Shown piece after piece: positions 37,765 to 50,852 of a stretch of DNA of 64,000 nt (position 1 is the first letter of the stretch; each line of letters opens with the position of its first letter). The notes beneath the pieces were generated by a model. That model saw only the letters and a program-made list of their open reading frames with translations. It was not told the origin of the DNA and did no database searches. The position numbers and the translations under genes were made by a program. The stretch is from Mobula hypostoma (Eukaryota). Location of the stretch: contig NC_086097.1 of assembly GCF_963921235.1 (NCBI RefSeq), positions 214,708,001 through 214,772,000 of the forward strand, given 5' to 3'.

Positions 37765-39700
37765 AGACCATAAGATACAGGAGGAGAATTAGGCCATTTG
37801 GCCTACCAAGTCTGCTCTGCCTTTTCAGCATGGCTGTTCCAATTTTCCTCTCAGCCCATATCTCCTGCCTTCTCTCCGTACCCCTTCATGCCCTGACCAA
37901 TCAAGAATCTATCAACCTCTGCTTTAAATAAGCAATAAGATGGCCCCCACAGCTGCCTGTGGCAAAGAATTCCACAGATTTACACTCTTTGGCTAAAGAA
38001 ATTCCTCCTCACCTCCATTCTAAAAGGATGACCCTCTATTCTGAGTTTGTGTCCTCTGATCATAGACTCTCCCACCATAGGAAACAAGCTGTCCACATCC
38101 ACTCTATCAAGGCCTTTCACCATTCGATAGATTTCAATGAGGTCACCCTTCATTCTTGTGAATTCTAGTGAATACAGACCGAGAGCCATCAGACACTCTT
38201 CATACGACAAGCCATACAATCCTGGAATCATTTTCAGGAACCTCTTTTGAATCCTCTCCAATTTCAGCCCATCCTTTCTGAGATAAGGGGCCCAAAACTG
38301 CTCACAATACTCCAAGTGAGGCCTCACCAGTGCTTTACAAAGTTTCAACATTACATCCTTGCTTTTAAATTCTAGTCCTCTTGAAATGAATGCTAAAATT
38401 GTATTTGCCTTCCTCAGCACAGAATCAACCTGCAAATTAATCTTTAGGGAATTGTACATAAGGACTCCTAAATCCTTTTGCACCTGAGTTTTTTGTGTTT
38501 TCTCTCCATTCAGAAAATAGTTAACCCTTTCATTTCTTCTACCAAAGTGCATAACCATACACTTCCTGACTTTGTATTCCATCTGCCATTTCTTTTCCCA
38601 TTCTAATCTAAGTCCTTCTGTAGCCTCACTACTTTCTCAAAACTATCTGCCCCTCCACCTATCTTCATATCATCTGCAAACTTTGCAATAAAGCCATCAA
38701 TTCTATCATCCGTGACATTTAAGATAAAAAGAATTGGTCCCAACACAGACCCCTATGGAACACCACTAGTCTCCGGCAGCCAGTCAGAAAGGGCTACCTT
38801 TATTCCCACTCTTTGCCTCCTGCTAATCAGCCACTGCTTTATCCATGCTAGAATCTTTCCTGTAATACCATGGGCTCACAGCTTGATAAACAGCCTCATG
38901 TGTGTCACTTTGTCAATGCTTTCTGAAAATCCAAGCACACGACATCAATCGATTCTCCTTTGTCTATTCTGCTTGTTACTTCTTCAAAAAATTCCAACGG
39001 ATTTGTCAGGCAAGATTATCCCTTGAGGAAACCATGCTGGCTATTTTATCATGTGCTTACAAGTACCCTGAGACCTCTCCTTAATAATCGACTCCAACAT
39101 CTTCCTAACCACTGACATCGGACTAAATGGCCTATAGTTTCCTTTCTTCTGCTCCTCTCCCTTCTTGAAGACTTGAATGCCATTTGCAATTTTCCAGTCT
39201 TCCAGAATCATTGCAGAATCTAGTGATTCTTGAAAGATCATTACTAATGGCTCCATGATCTCTTCAGCCACCTCTTTCAGAACTCTGGGGTATACACCAT
39301 CTGGTCCGGGTGACTTCTCTAACTTAAGACTTTTCCCAAGAACCTCCTCTTTAGTTATGGAAACTTCACACAGTTCAGCTGAAGACTGATGCAAAATACT
39401 TATTCAGTTCATCTGCTATTTCATTGTCCCCCATTACTACCTCTCCAGCATCGTTTTCCAGTGGTCCAATGTCCACTCTCACCTCTCTTTTACACGTTAT
39501 GTATTTGAAGAAAATTTTGGTATCCTCATTAATATTATTAGTTAGCTTACTTCTGTTTTGTTTATAAGATTCCTAATCTTCTAACTTTGCACTAAATTTT
39601 GTTCTGTTATATGCCCTCTTTGACTTTTATGTTGGGTTTGACTTTGCTTGTTAGCCACGGTTGTGTTATCCTTCCTTTAGAATACTTCCTCTTTAAGATG
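37765..39700 (-). mobile_element. CR1 LINE, RT to 3' end
   Basis: KSPGPDGVYPRVLKEVAEEI, EDWKIAN, GNYRP and KCMVMHFG...LVRPHLEYCEQFWAPY. Confidence 0.95.
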
Positions 39701-41222
39701 TATTGGGGAGACAATAATAATAGGACACAGATACAATATAAGAGAGGGAGATTCAAAAGAGACCTGAGAGGTAACTGCACTGCACATATTAGGTAGTGAG
39801 TACCTGGAACGTTCTGCCAGAAAAAGTGGTCAAGCCGAGTACAATTGCAATATTTAAGTGGCATTCGGATAAGTACGTGGAGGGGAGAGGCTTGGAGAAC
39901 TATGGGTGGATTGCGAGCGCCTGGATGTAGCAGAGAAAATGCTGTAGTTGCACAGAGGTCCTTTTTCCAAGCTACATTACCCTGACTCTGTTGAACTATT
40001 TATTTGTTTTGTAATTTATAGTAATTTTTATGTCTTTACATTGAAAAGCTGCTGCAAAACAACAACTTTCATGTCATATAAGTCACCGATAATGAACCTG
40101 GTTCTGATTCAGGAAACTCTTGTGAAAGTGACCATGTCTGGACAGAAAGGTGAAGGTGGGGAAAAGATTATTGTAACATCCTTAAAGCAAAGTAATCACT
40201 ACTACTTTAGCAAGAATTCAGAAATTAACGATTGTACTTTTACAAGATACTTGAGAACAATTGTGATTTTTCACTAGCAGTCTTGTGGGCTCTCCGAGTA
40301 AAACTGTTAACTTAATATAATATTAGAGGATGCAGGAAAAAAAAGAAAAACTGCTGTTATGTATTTTGTCATTGAATAACACTTTGTAGCACAGGCTATA
40401 TATATTTAAGAGCTAAAAGTCCTCCTTCACATAATGTCAACATAAACAAAATTGGTGGCATTTTACAGACTTGGCCATTTTTTTTCTTACAAATACTGAA
40501 CGTGCAGGTCTTAGTCTAGTTCATATCTTTTAATCTCAGGAGTAATTTTAACATATGAGAGAAAGTGAAAATATAGCGGGGGCCATCAGAATGTGAAGCC
40601 CCAACCTCAGGAACATTTTTCTTAAACAAAATAGAGCAATAAGATAAGACCTATATCTATAATTGATGGCTTACGTTTACAACTCATGGAACATAGGAAC
40701 ACTTGGCTGTAACCGGAGCCAATTCTGTATTTCATCAAAATCTATGATCTACCTCCACCTACAAGGTGAAGAATTACAAAGCTGAAGGGTTAGTTTACCA
40801 ACAGTGACCTCTAACCACGTGTCTGATAACCAGGCCACTTTAAAATTTTGAGATACAAAATGTTATAATGTTCTGAGTCAACTTTTACTCTCATAATGAC
40901 TTGAATTTATTAAACTAATGAAATCCTGAAGGTAGAATAGATCACTAACCTGCCAGAATACTAATAGATTTATGCAAAATTATGCCCTACCATGTAGTAT
41001 ATCCTGTGTGAGAAATTCTCTACAATGCATCAAACATTAATTATTTACTGCAAACCTATATAATGCTAAACCTGTTTGGCAAGGCTCTATGTGTTGTCTG
41101 GATCAATGTCTTTTTTAATAGCATTATTACCTAAGTGTCTGGTTTAGAAACTGCAGTAGACCAGAGGAATCGGCCTATTAGCCAATTTTCCAGTAGGAAC
41201 ATTTACAACTCCATCATTCGTC

Positions 41223-41470
41223 ACTGTGTGTTTAATATTTCAGTGATATTTGAATAATAGTGTAAATATATTGTTAGATTAAGCATTCATTGTTCATTTA
41301 AATAATTAATGCAGATTATTTGTCAAAGTACGTCAATGAAATACGTAATCACACCACCGTTTCATCAGTGCATGCCTTGCTAAAGTAAAAACGAAAATAA
41401 ATTACATATGTCATTCCCAGCTCCGTGGGTTTTTTCAATTAGTTTTATGTTTTGGAGTTACAAAACATAA
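41223..41470 (+). mobile_element. Degenerate LTR, same family as 643-1725
   Basis: tgtgtttaatatttcagt...taaagtaaaaa...ttttatgttttggagttacaaaacataa; possibly followed by a little internal sequence. Confidence 0.6.
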
Positions 41471-41699
41471 TAGTCGCAATGAGCAAGATTTAAGACAAAC
41501 CCAAGACAACTAAAAGAGACATTCAAGTTACAACAAATCGCAGAGAGGCTTTCTAGTTTTTTTAAAGTGCAGGACATGATTTCTTTGGAAAAGGAAAGTA
41601 TATCAAGTTTAAAAAGCGGTAGAGAAATCCCTTTGCACTTCTTGTGGTCTTTGCTTCAACAGTGCATAAAGCTCCTCATTTGTTGAGACTGGTTCTACA

Positions 41700-42570
41700 A
41701 ACTCACCTGAGGTTGTTTTTCTTTTAAGTAATCTATTTAGTAGTTCTCCGTTTGGTCCTTCCTCCAATCTCCTTGACTTCTCCATGTCCAGTGCACTGGG
41801 GAGGTTATCAACCAATATCCACCACAAGCTCTTGAACCCCCACAACTATCTTTACTACATGCTGTTTCGTGGTAAGAAATCCATACCACTCTCCCAGTTT
41901 CGCCATTCACACCACAGCTGTACCGTTGATGCTACTTTTCATTCCAGTGCTTCTAACGTGCCATCTATTTTCCTGAACTGCAGTTGCTGTTCACAGGGTT
42001 TCAGTAATGCCTGTTGCTACACTTATACCCTCACTCTGCTGTTCACTCAGAACTGGGATGAACTTCCCTCTGTCAGAAAATTCCACTCAGAGGTTTCCAC
42101 ATTCAACAAATCATCCAGCACAATCCCTCTTTTGTCCACTTTCAGCAGTTTAAGAAAAAGTCTTCCCTTTGGGGACTCATTCTCTCTTCCATCTCTAGCA
42201 ATCTTCACCTCATTTCATGAAATGCAAAAAACTTCCTGTGCAGTTGCTGGAGTTATGTTGCCCTTTTACTTCCTCCTGTCACAGTCTCCATGAATCCCTT
42301 CGTAAAGGAGTAAATTGCTTGAGCTTCTTTCCATTTATCAAATATTCATTGCTGTCTATATAACCTTCTGTATGCTGGAGACGCTGGGCATAGATTGTGA
42401 GTGGATTGTGGATCACCAACATTTAGAGATTAAGCATGGAACTGAACCTCCAATCACCCATCATTATAAATCTCCAGCTCATCCTGTTCCAGTGAAGTTC
42501 AAAATAAGCTCAAAGGACAACACAATTTCTCTAAGAACATTATAACCATCTGGACTCAACAAAGCACTGA
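41700..42570 (+). mobile_element. Very old Penelope-like remnant (RT C-terminus and GIY-YIG traces)
   Basis: LSTNIHHKLLNPHNYLYY...KKSIPLSQF resembles the PLE RT thumb motif; ccatctggactcaac near the end. Confidence 0.55.
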
Positions 42571-42629
42571 AATATTCAGCATTTCCAATACCTTAATTTC
42601 AAATTTCCATCATTCATATTAATTTTAGA

Positions 42630-43240
42630 TAATTAGATTGCGAGACAGCTTCACCAAACACCTTTGCTCCATCCGCCACAAAAAGTGGACCACCCATTTC
42701 AATTTTACTTGCCATTCCCATTCCAACATTCCAGTCCACGGCCTCCTCTACTGCCGTGATGAGGCCACACTCGGGTTGGAGGAGCAACAATTTGTGTTCC
42801 GTCTGGGTAGTCTTCAACCTGATGGCATGAACATTTATATTGTGACCTTCCAGTAATTGTCCACCCCTCCTTCACCATTCCCCATTCCTGTTTCCCTCTC
42901 TCACCCTATCTCCTTACCTGCCCATCACCTTCCTCTGGTGCTCTTTCCCCTTCCCTTTCTTCAATGGTCTTCTGTCTTCTCCTATCAGATTTCCCCTTCT
43001 CCAGCCCTTTATCTCTTTCGTCACCCCTATCTCTTTACTTCACCTTCCCCACTCTCCTGGTTTCACCTATCACCTATACCTTGTACTTGTCCCTCCCCTC
43101 CTCCCACCTTCTTAATCTGAATTCTCCCTTTTATTTCCACTCCTGATGAAGGGTCTTGGCCTGAAACATTAACTATTTACTCTTCCATAGATGCTGCCTG
43201 GCCTGCTGAGTTCCTCCAGCATTCTGTGTGTGTTGTTTTG
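42630..43240 (+). mobile_element. Penelope-like 3' part with terminal repeat
   Basis: THFNFTCHSHSNIPVHGLLYCRDEATLGLEEQQFVFRLGSLQPDGMNI; pyrimidine-rich 3' UTR; CTGATGA at 43143 and GAAAC at 43163. Confidence 0.9.
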
Positions 43241-43579
43241 TTTACTTTTTGCAACTTAGCACCTTCCTGCATCTGGTACCATCATCACTTTTGTCAAAAG
43301 GTTTCTCCTGTCTTCCACTCCATCACAAAGTCCCTAGCATGCCTTTTGCTCTCTTCTCCTTTCTCTGCATTTTAAAACACATTTACCTCTAACTTTTGCC
43401 AATGCTGATGAAAATATATCACTCTGAAATATTAATGCTGTTGCTTTCTAGTACCTAAGGCCCTGAAAGTAAGAGAAATAAACTTCTTTAGACCAATAGA
43501 ATGTTTACCACAAAAATCTTTAGTTAAGTGTAATGGACTGTATCACGATCCTGGAACCCCCTTGCACATAGTCCTGCCT

Positions 43580-43695
43580 CTAGGACTGCAGTGCTTCAAG
43601 AAGGCAGCTCACCACCATCTTTTTGAGGGCAACCAGGGACGGCAAATAATTGCTTGCTCAGCCTGCAAAGACCACATCCCTTGAATGAATGTGAA
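43580..43695 (+). mobile_element. Ancient LINE/SINE 3' tail (CR1/L2-type)
   Basis: ttcaagaaggcagctcaccaccat...agggcaaccagggacggcaaataa...cacatcccttgaatgaat. Confidence 0.55.
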
Positions 43696-43916
43696 AATCA
43701 AGCCAGACTGGAAAATACTTTTTTGAAAGCCAGAGAAAGCAGAAGCAGATTTAAGAAGTTCCTAAATACAGAAAAGGTATTAAATAAACACATATTTGAA
43801 TAGATCCCACAAGATTTTTATATCTGAACTGAAGGGTAGGAGAAAAGCAAATATAAGAATAAATTATAGCATGTTTTCTTTGAGTGGAAACTTTTGCTGT
43901 TGGTAGTATGAAGGAA

Positions 43917-44700
43917 TTACAATATCACACTCTCTCCCTCGATGCTGAAATCAATAGGCGTATCGGCAAAGCAGCATCGATCCTTGTTCGACTCTCCTCG
44001 CGGGTCTGAGAGAATCTGAAGCTCACTACAAAGACCAAGACTGCTGTGTACAATGCATGTGTTATCAGCACCCTCCTGTATGGTAGCGAGACTTGGACCA
44101 TCTACTTCAAGTAGGAGAGAAAACTCAATAGTTTTCACCTGCGCAGCCTTCGCCGCATGCTCGGCATCACCTGGAGAGACAAAGTCCCAAACTCCGAGGT
44201 CCTCTCCCGCGCTGGACTTCTCACAATGTTCACGCTTTTAAGACAATGCAGACTGCGCTGGCTGGGCCACGGCCCTCGTACGAAGGATGGTAGACTGCCA
44301 AAGGACATCCTCTGCAGAGAACTAGCAACAGGCAAGAGGAACGTTGGTAGACCCCAGCTTCGCTTCAAGGACCTCTGCAAGCGCGACATGAAAGCCTTAA
44401 AAATCAACACAGAGTGCTGGGAGGATACAGCAGATGACCGCAACAAATGGCGAGGTACTCTTCAGCAACACCTACAGCAAGGCGAAAGAGTGATCCTGAG
44501 TCAGTTTGAGGAGCGGAGAGCACAGCAGACAGCAGACAACAGACAACAATTCCACGATGCCCTACACATGCAGCAACTGTGGCAGAGCCTACCGTTCCAG
44601 GATCAGCCCCAATAGCCACAGTTGCCGCTGTTTGCCAAACTAGTGACTACCTGAGGCGCAGTACCCATGGTCGACCACGACCGACGGGGGCCACACACAG
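43917..44700 (+). mobile_element. RTE-clade LINE 3' fragment
   Basis: LGITWRDKVPNSEVLSRAG...RLRWLGH...DGRLPKDIL...GRPQLRFKDLCKRDMK; upstream tacaatgcatgtgttatcagcaccctcctgtatggtagcgag (YNACVISTLLYGSE). Confidence 0.9.
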
Positions 44701-45297
44701 CGCCCATGATAAAATTTATGCATAAGAAATTTTATCATAGAAATTTTTATAATCTATAGACAAATGACTTTGATGTAGATTTTATTAACTTTGATGACTA
44801 TGCCAACATGGAAACATTCAGCAAACAATGATAAATCGCTTTGAGACACTATTTCTTTGTTGTTAACATCTGTTCTAACAGATCATTGCTGTTTACTTTT
44901 CTAACATGATTTATTTTATATTTTTTTTATATTAAAATTAATTTTCATTCTTTAATAATTTTAAAAAATGGTTCAATATATCCATATGTTATTTATTTTC
45001 TTTATATTTGCCATCTGCTTGCAGAGTGTGGTATTTTTAGCAAGTATTCCAATGCTTGTAGTGTTCATTCCAATTCCTAATTGACTTGCAGAACAGTGGA
45101 GGATAGAACAAACCTCACAAAGTTGCACTGGTGTCTAAGAACGAAGATTCTGGAAAGGACCTTTCAAAGATGGAATTATATTTTACTTCGTTACTTTAAT
45201 TTTTTAACTAAGCATCCATAACTTGCATACGTCATTAGCAAATCCAGCATCTGTGGTTCATGTTGAGTTGCTTCTGAACTGAAGAGGCAGTTAAGTA

Positions 45298-45450
45298 GCT
45301 CTTCCTTCAGTTAGTCCTGACGAAGGGTCTCGGCCCGAAACATCGACTGTACCTCTTCCTAGAGATGCTGCCTGGCCTGCTGCGTTCACCAGCAACTTTG
45401 ATGTGTGTTGCTCGAATTTCCAGCATCTGCAGGATTCCTCGTGTTTTTGT
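45298..45450 (+). mobile_element. Penelope-like terminal repeat
   Basis: Near-consensus copy of the repeat at 56727-56865. Confidence 0.9.
45313..45348 (+). ncRNA. Minimal type-I hammerhead ribozyme motif (AUC variant)
   Basis: AGTC-CTGACGA-a-GGGT ctcg GCCC-GAAA-C-ATC-GACT; predicted cleavage after C45344. The stem III palindrome is broken by G>A. Confidence 0.65.
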
Positions 45451-46034
45451 GACCACATTGATAGGTCTGGGGTCACATGTAGGCATATAATCAGGTTTTC
45501 ATTTAAGAAGGACTGTGGTGGATCAGTTGGATTTTTATGACAGCAGTAGTTTTACGCCTTTCAATTCCAAATTTTATTTAATTAATTATAAAATAAGTTC
45601 TCAATCTATGGAGAAATGTGAACCCCTGTGGATATTTGGTTGTATAATGACTAAACCTTTATCCCACTCTAGCTCTTACTTTCGTATTGTATCTATCCAT
45701 TAGGTTTACACTTTAAAATCGTGCTTGTTTCTCTGCTGTCTGTCCTGAATGGGAAGTTGACTTAATGGGTATGGAGGACTAGGATGGTACCAGATGTCAA
45801 AGAAGCAGTGGATTTGAATGCTGCATACTGAATAAGAAAGGTCTGATTCTGCAATGCAAATTAATGTTGATGTTATGATGTAAAGTTCAATCTTGTGTGC
45901 TGTTTATGGCAAGAAAACTCAAAGCTGGGTTCAAAAAGAACTTGTGTACCATCTTGTTCCAACTATTGCAGATTAAAATTCCATCAATTACTTCTTCAGC
46001 ACTGTTGTCCACTGTTGTCAGAGGTGTACATGGA

Positions 46035-46581
46035 TATGTACACCTGTATGTTAATGCAAGTATCTAATCAGCCAATCATGTGGCAGAAACTCAACGCATA
46101 AAAGCATGCAGACATGTCAAGAGGTTTAGTTGTTGTCCAGACCAAACAGCACAAGAGGGTAGAAATATGATCTAAGTGACTGTGACCGTGGAATGATTGT
46201 TGGTGACAGATGGGGTGGTTTGAATATCTCAGCAACTGCTAATATCCTGGAATTGTCACACACACAACAGTCTCTATAGTTTACAGAGAATGGTGTGAAA
46301 GACAGAACAACATCCAGTGAGTCGGAGATCTGTGGGTAAAAATACTCTGTTAGTTAGAGAGAGTTTAGAGGAGAATGGCCAGGCTGGTTGAAGCTGACAA
46401 GAAGGCGACAGCACTCAAATAACAACACGTTCCAACAATGGTGTGCAGAACAGTACAGTATCTCTGAATGAAAAACACATTGAACATTGAAGTGGATGGC
46501 CTGTAGCAGCAGAAGACCACAAACATTCAATCAATGGCCGCTTTATTAAGTAGGTACCTAATAAAGTGGCCCCTAAGTGTA
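46035..46581 (+). mobile_element. Non-autonomous Tc1-like element
   Basis: gatctaagtgactgtgaccgtggaatgattgttggt (DLSDCDRGMIVG, Tc1 N-terminus). The right end has palindromic TIR-like tggccgctttattaagta/tacctaataaagtggcc. Confidence 0.7.
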
Positions 46582-49236
46582 GATTGGGATGGATGTTGGT
46601 GGAATTTACTGATCCATATTTTAGAAGTAAAATGAAGCAAATGCACAGCAAAATCCCTTGGTGATACACGATGACAATGGAAAGTGTCTGCCTTTCAATA
46701 GTTCATGCAGTTTTTGTAATTTCTGCAGTTCTTGGACACAAAGACACCTGAAGCCAGAGCGGCTTCTGGATGCACAAGCTCCAACACTGTTTTCAAACAC
46801 TGATGTCACAGCTATAATAAATTTTTAATGTACTTTTCATTATTCACCACTTTTACAAAATCTGTTTCATACTGTATTCAACTGAGAAAAACCTTTTGAA
46901 GTGTAGCACTTCTTTCATGATAAACATTTAGAAAACCTTCTTTCCTTGTTTAGCAGTCATCAACTCAGTGACGGAAATCACAAGGAAAATATTCTATTTG
47001 CAGTGACATAGGTGCATTCAAAATGATGTTTCTGTCTCAAAACTAAATAACCCTTCCTGGCCTAAACTCAGACAGATGAGTGGTCGGAGATGAGCAGCTT
47101 TTGCTAGAATTCAGTATGAGCTTGTGCAAGTGAAACACTCTCATCATGCAAGTAACAGATCTTGGCACTTCAGTAGAACTCCAAGGGTATTGTTAGTTGG
47201 ATTTGGGAGCAAAATCTGCTACAACCTTTCTCGATAAATGAAGCTGGTTGACAGCTGGTAAAAAGAATCTGGATGTTCCTGTGTTGGAAGAAGAAGTGTA
47301 GGAGTGTCCCACAAGTTCCCGCCAAAGAAAGTAAGATTCTTCAGAAGCCTACAAGTTATCCACGAGACAAACTTGGAGCTCGATATCTGACTCCTAGTCA
47401 ATCCAGCAATAAAAATGGATGCAGACTTCAGCTGCATTTAGCATGCAAGAATGGAGTTCCAAACTGCCAGGAAACTGTTGTGAGTTAAAAACCCAGCTAC
47501 ACTTTCTCCCCTAAAGGTGCTGAGGAAGTTTATAATTATAGCAGGTGTTCCAACCTTCCCTTTTTTTAACTTAAGGAACTCTGTGTAGCATTGTGAAGTT
47601 TGAATATCTGTAGGCTGTTTGAGCACTGTGATTGGGGGGAAATGTTGTTTTAGTTGCAATTCTGGTCTGATCTAACAGAAATAACTCTCCAGCAGAGTTC
47701 TTTGGACAGCAACTAAGAACAATAGTTATTTTTTTCCATTCTGAATCTGTTGTACGGAGGTAAGTGTGCAACATCACCAGAAGCCCGGTAAGGTGAAATA
47801 ACATGGCACAGATCAGGACTCTAACACGGAAACTTTTCACACTATGTGGTTCAGAATACACGTGTATATATTTACGCACCATCAGATTTTGATAATGTGG
47901 TAATGTGGACTTAATGTCAATCATAGCCTCAACCTGGTATTATGGTTGAAATTTGTGCTACTGCACTCTCCCACATGTTCCTAGATTGCTTATAATTCCT
48001 CATTTACAAATTACCAATCCGAATCTTGTTTAATTTCCAAACTGAGGCTATGTCATCATCTCATATCAAAATAGATTAATCAGAACACAAAGGAAGCCAG
48101 ATAAGTATGGAAGGTAAGAAGCGAAAGGAAGATGTTCTGAATGGTGAAATGCAAAGTTAGGTGTTAGGAAGATAGATGAAAAGGAAACTCATGCATGCCA
48201 AGGCTAAATGCTCCCATAGGCTATTGGCCAGATAGGCCAGTTTCTGTACTGTAGATTCTACCTAAATCTTTCTGAACCTGCATCATAGGCACCCTTTGAC
48301 AAAATATTTAAGTAGATTGCATGGATTAATGACTATAAGTCTTGGCCCCTTCTTTCTTTATGTAGAGACTTTATGCTATAGTCAGTACATTATGCAAGAA
48401 CACCTGTAAAATTGATGCTTTTTAAGGAGAATATCCCAATAATTAGAAATGCCTGTTTACTGATTACTATTGCTATCTTTAGTATCCTTCAACTTAATAG
48501 ATACAGTTATTTGTAATCCCTTCTGTTCCTTCCCTGTGTCTGATTACTTAGAAAGTCCTACATTTTTCAATAAAACAATGGACATCATTCAGTCATATAG
48601 GTCTTAATAAGCTTCAAACATAATATAATTTTACACTGCAATTCAGTAAATAAAGTTTTGGTAGTTGGGTATACTTTTAGTATCAATGTAAGGAAATGCA
48701 GTACATTTTACAGTAAGTACCACCCTCCAAAGCATGAATCAATGTTGCAGAGAGTGCCCACTAGTACTTATTAAAACTTTGTTATAGTAATTATATAGTC
48801 ATTGACTTCAGAAGAATCCTAAGGCAACAGTAGTAAATTTAGTGTTGCACTGTGCTTTCCAACCTGAGAATGAGAGAAGACATCCTAACATGCCAGCATT
48901 AGAACTTCACAACAATGTACACACATAACTTACAAATGCACATCTATAAAGTAAGTGCTAAATATTTGTGAACAACTAATGCATGGTAAAATATTACAGT
49001 AAATCCAGAGCAAATATAAGCTCAGAATAAAATCAGTGGTAAAATTTCATATGATTTGTGACATATAGAAACCATTAATGGTTGCTTTGAAGTGCTGACT
49101 CTGCCTTTTGTAATATGGTTCAAAAATGCTTTGTTCAGCTATCGAATTTCCCAAAATATACACCTTCATTTTATATTGTGGGTTTCATTACATGAATTAA
49201 TGTAACAGTACTGTGCAAAAGTCTTAGGTACATATT

Positions 49237-50852
49237 CAGTGCCTATAAAAACATTTACCCCACCCCTCCCCCTTGGAACTTTTCATGTTTTATTGTTTTA
49301 CCACATTGAATCTCAGTGGATTTAATCTGGCTTTTTTGACAGTGATCGATAGAAAATGCTTTTGTGTCAAAGTGAAACCAGATTTCTACAAAGTGATCTA
49401 AATTAATTACAAATTTCAAACACAAAATAATTGATTGCATAAGTATTCACCCTCTTTAATATGACACACCAAATCATCACTGGTGCAGCCAATTGGTTAT
49501 AGAAGTCACATATTTAGTTATAGTATCCTAGCTATATATAAACCTGTGTGTAGTCAAGGAGTTTCAATTGATGGTAGTAAAAATACACCCGTATCTGGAA
49601 AGTCCAACTGCTGGTGAGTCAGTATCCCAGCAAAAACTACACAATGAAGACAAAAGAACACTTCAAGCAACTCTGCGAAAAGGTTATTGAAAAGCACAAG
49701 TCGGGAGATGGATACAATAAAATTTCCAAGTCACTGAGTATCCCTTGGAGTACAGTTAAATCAATCATCAAGAAATGGAAAGAATATGGCACAGCTGTAA
49801 ACCTTCCTAGAGCAGGCTGTCCTCTGAAGCTGAGTGACTGTGCAAGAAGGGAGGCCACCAAGAGACCTATGACAACTTTGAATGAGTTACAAGCTTCAGT
49901 GGCTGAGATGGGAGAGACTGCTCATACAACAACTGTTGCCCAGGAGCTTCAACAGTCACAGCTTTATGGGAGAGTGGCTATAAGAAAGCCACTGTTTAAA
50001 AAACTCTTATGAAATCTCGGCTAGAGTTTGCCAGAAGACATGTGGGAGACTCTGAAGTCAGCTGAAAGAAGGTTCTATGGTCTGATAAAACCAAAGTTGA
50101 GCTCTTTGGCCATCAGAGTAAGTGCACTATTTGTCATAAGCCAAATGACGGCACATCATCAAAAATACACCTTCTCTGCCATGAAGCATGGTGGTGGCTG
50201 CATCGTGCTGTGGGGTGCTTCACTGCTGCAGGCCCTGGAAAGCTTGTGAAGGTAGAGTGTAAAATGAATGCAGCAAAATACAGGGAAATCCTGGAGGAAA
50301 ACCTGATGCATTCTGCAAGAGAACTGTGACTTGGGAATTTTTTTTTTCCGGCAAGAGAATGAGCCCAAGATAAAGCCAAAGTTATACAGGACAAGCTTAA
50401 AAACAACAAAGTTAATGTCCTGGAGTGGCCAAGACAGAGTCAATCCAATTGAGAATTCATGGCTGGACTTGAAAAGGGTTGTTTACTCATGATCTCCATG
50501 CAATCTGACAGAGCTTGAGCAGTTTTGTAAAGAAGAATGGGGAAAAATTGCAGTGTCCAGATGTGCAAAGCTGATAGAGACCTATCCACACTGGCTGAAG
50601 GTCGTAATTACTGCCAAAGGGGCATTTACTAAATTCTGACTTGAAGGGGGTGAGTAATTATGCAATCAATTATTTTGTGTTCAATAATTTTAATACGTTT
50701 AGACCAATTTTAGAAATTTATTTTCACTTTGACGCAAAAGAGCCTTTTCTGTTGATCAGTGTCAAAAAAGCCAAATTAAATCCACTGTGATTCGATGTTG
50801 TAAAGCAATAAAACATGAAAACTCAAGAGGGATAAATACTTTTTTAGGCATG
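49237..50852 (+). mobile_element. Near-complete Tc1/mariner DNA transposon with ~210-bp TIRs
   Basis: Termini cagtgcctataaaa and ttttaggcatg|TA; long inverted repeats 49237-49455 and 50640-50852. Confidence 0.9.
49644..50639 (+). pseudogene. Tc1-family (DD34E-type) transposase pseudogene
   Basis: MKTKEH...GDGYNKISKSL.IPWSTVKSIIKKWK, WSDKTKVELFG, KHGGGCIVLWG, VLEWP..S..NPIENSW and AKGAFTKF*, with several frameshifts. Confidence 0.9.

Noticed and set aside
43400..43440. Additional hammerhead-like CTGATGA...GAAA
   Set aside because: Stems I and II cannot be paired; at most a heavily decayed PLE terminus.
47273..47488. 71-aa ORF ending at a gtgagt donor-like site
   Set aside because: No clear acceptor or polypyrimidine tract and no recognisable protein similarity, so it cannot be supported as an exon.
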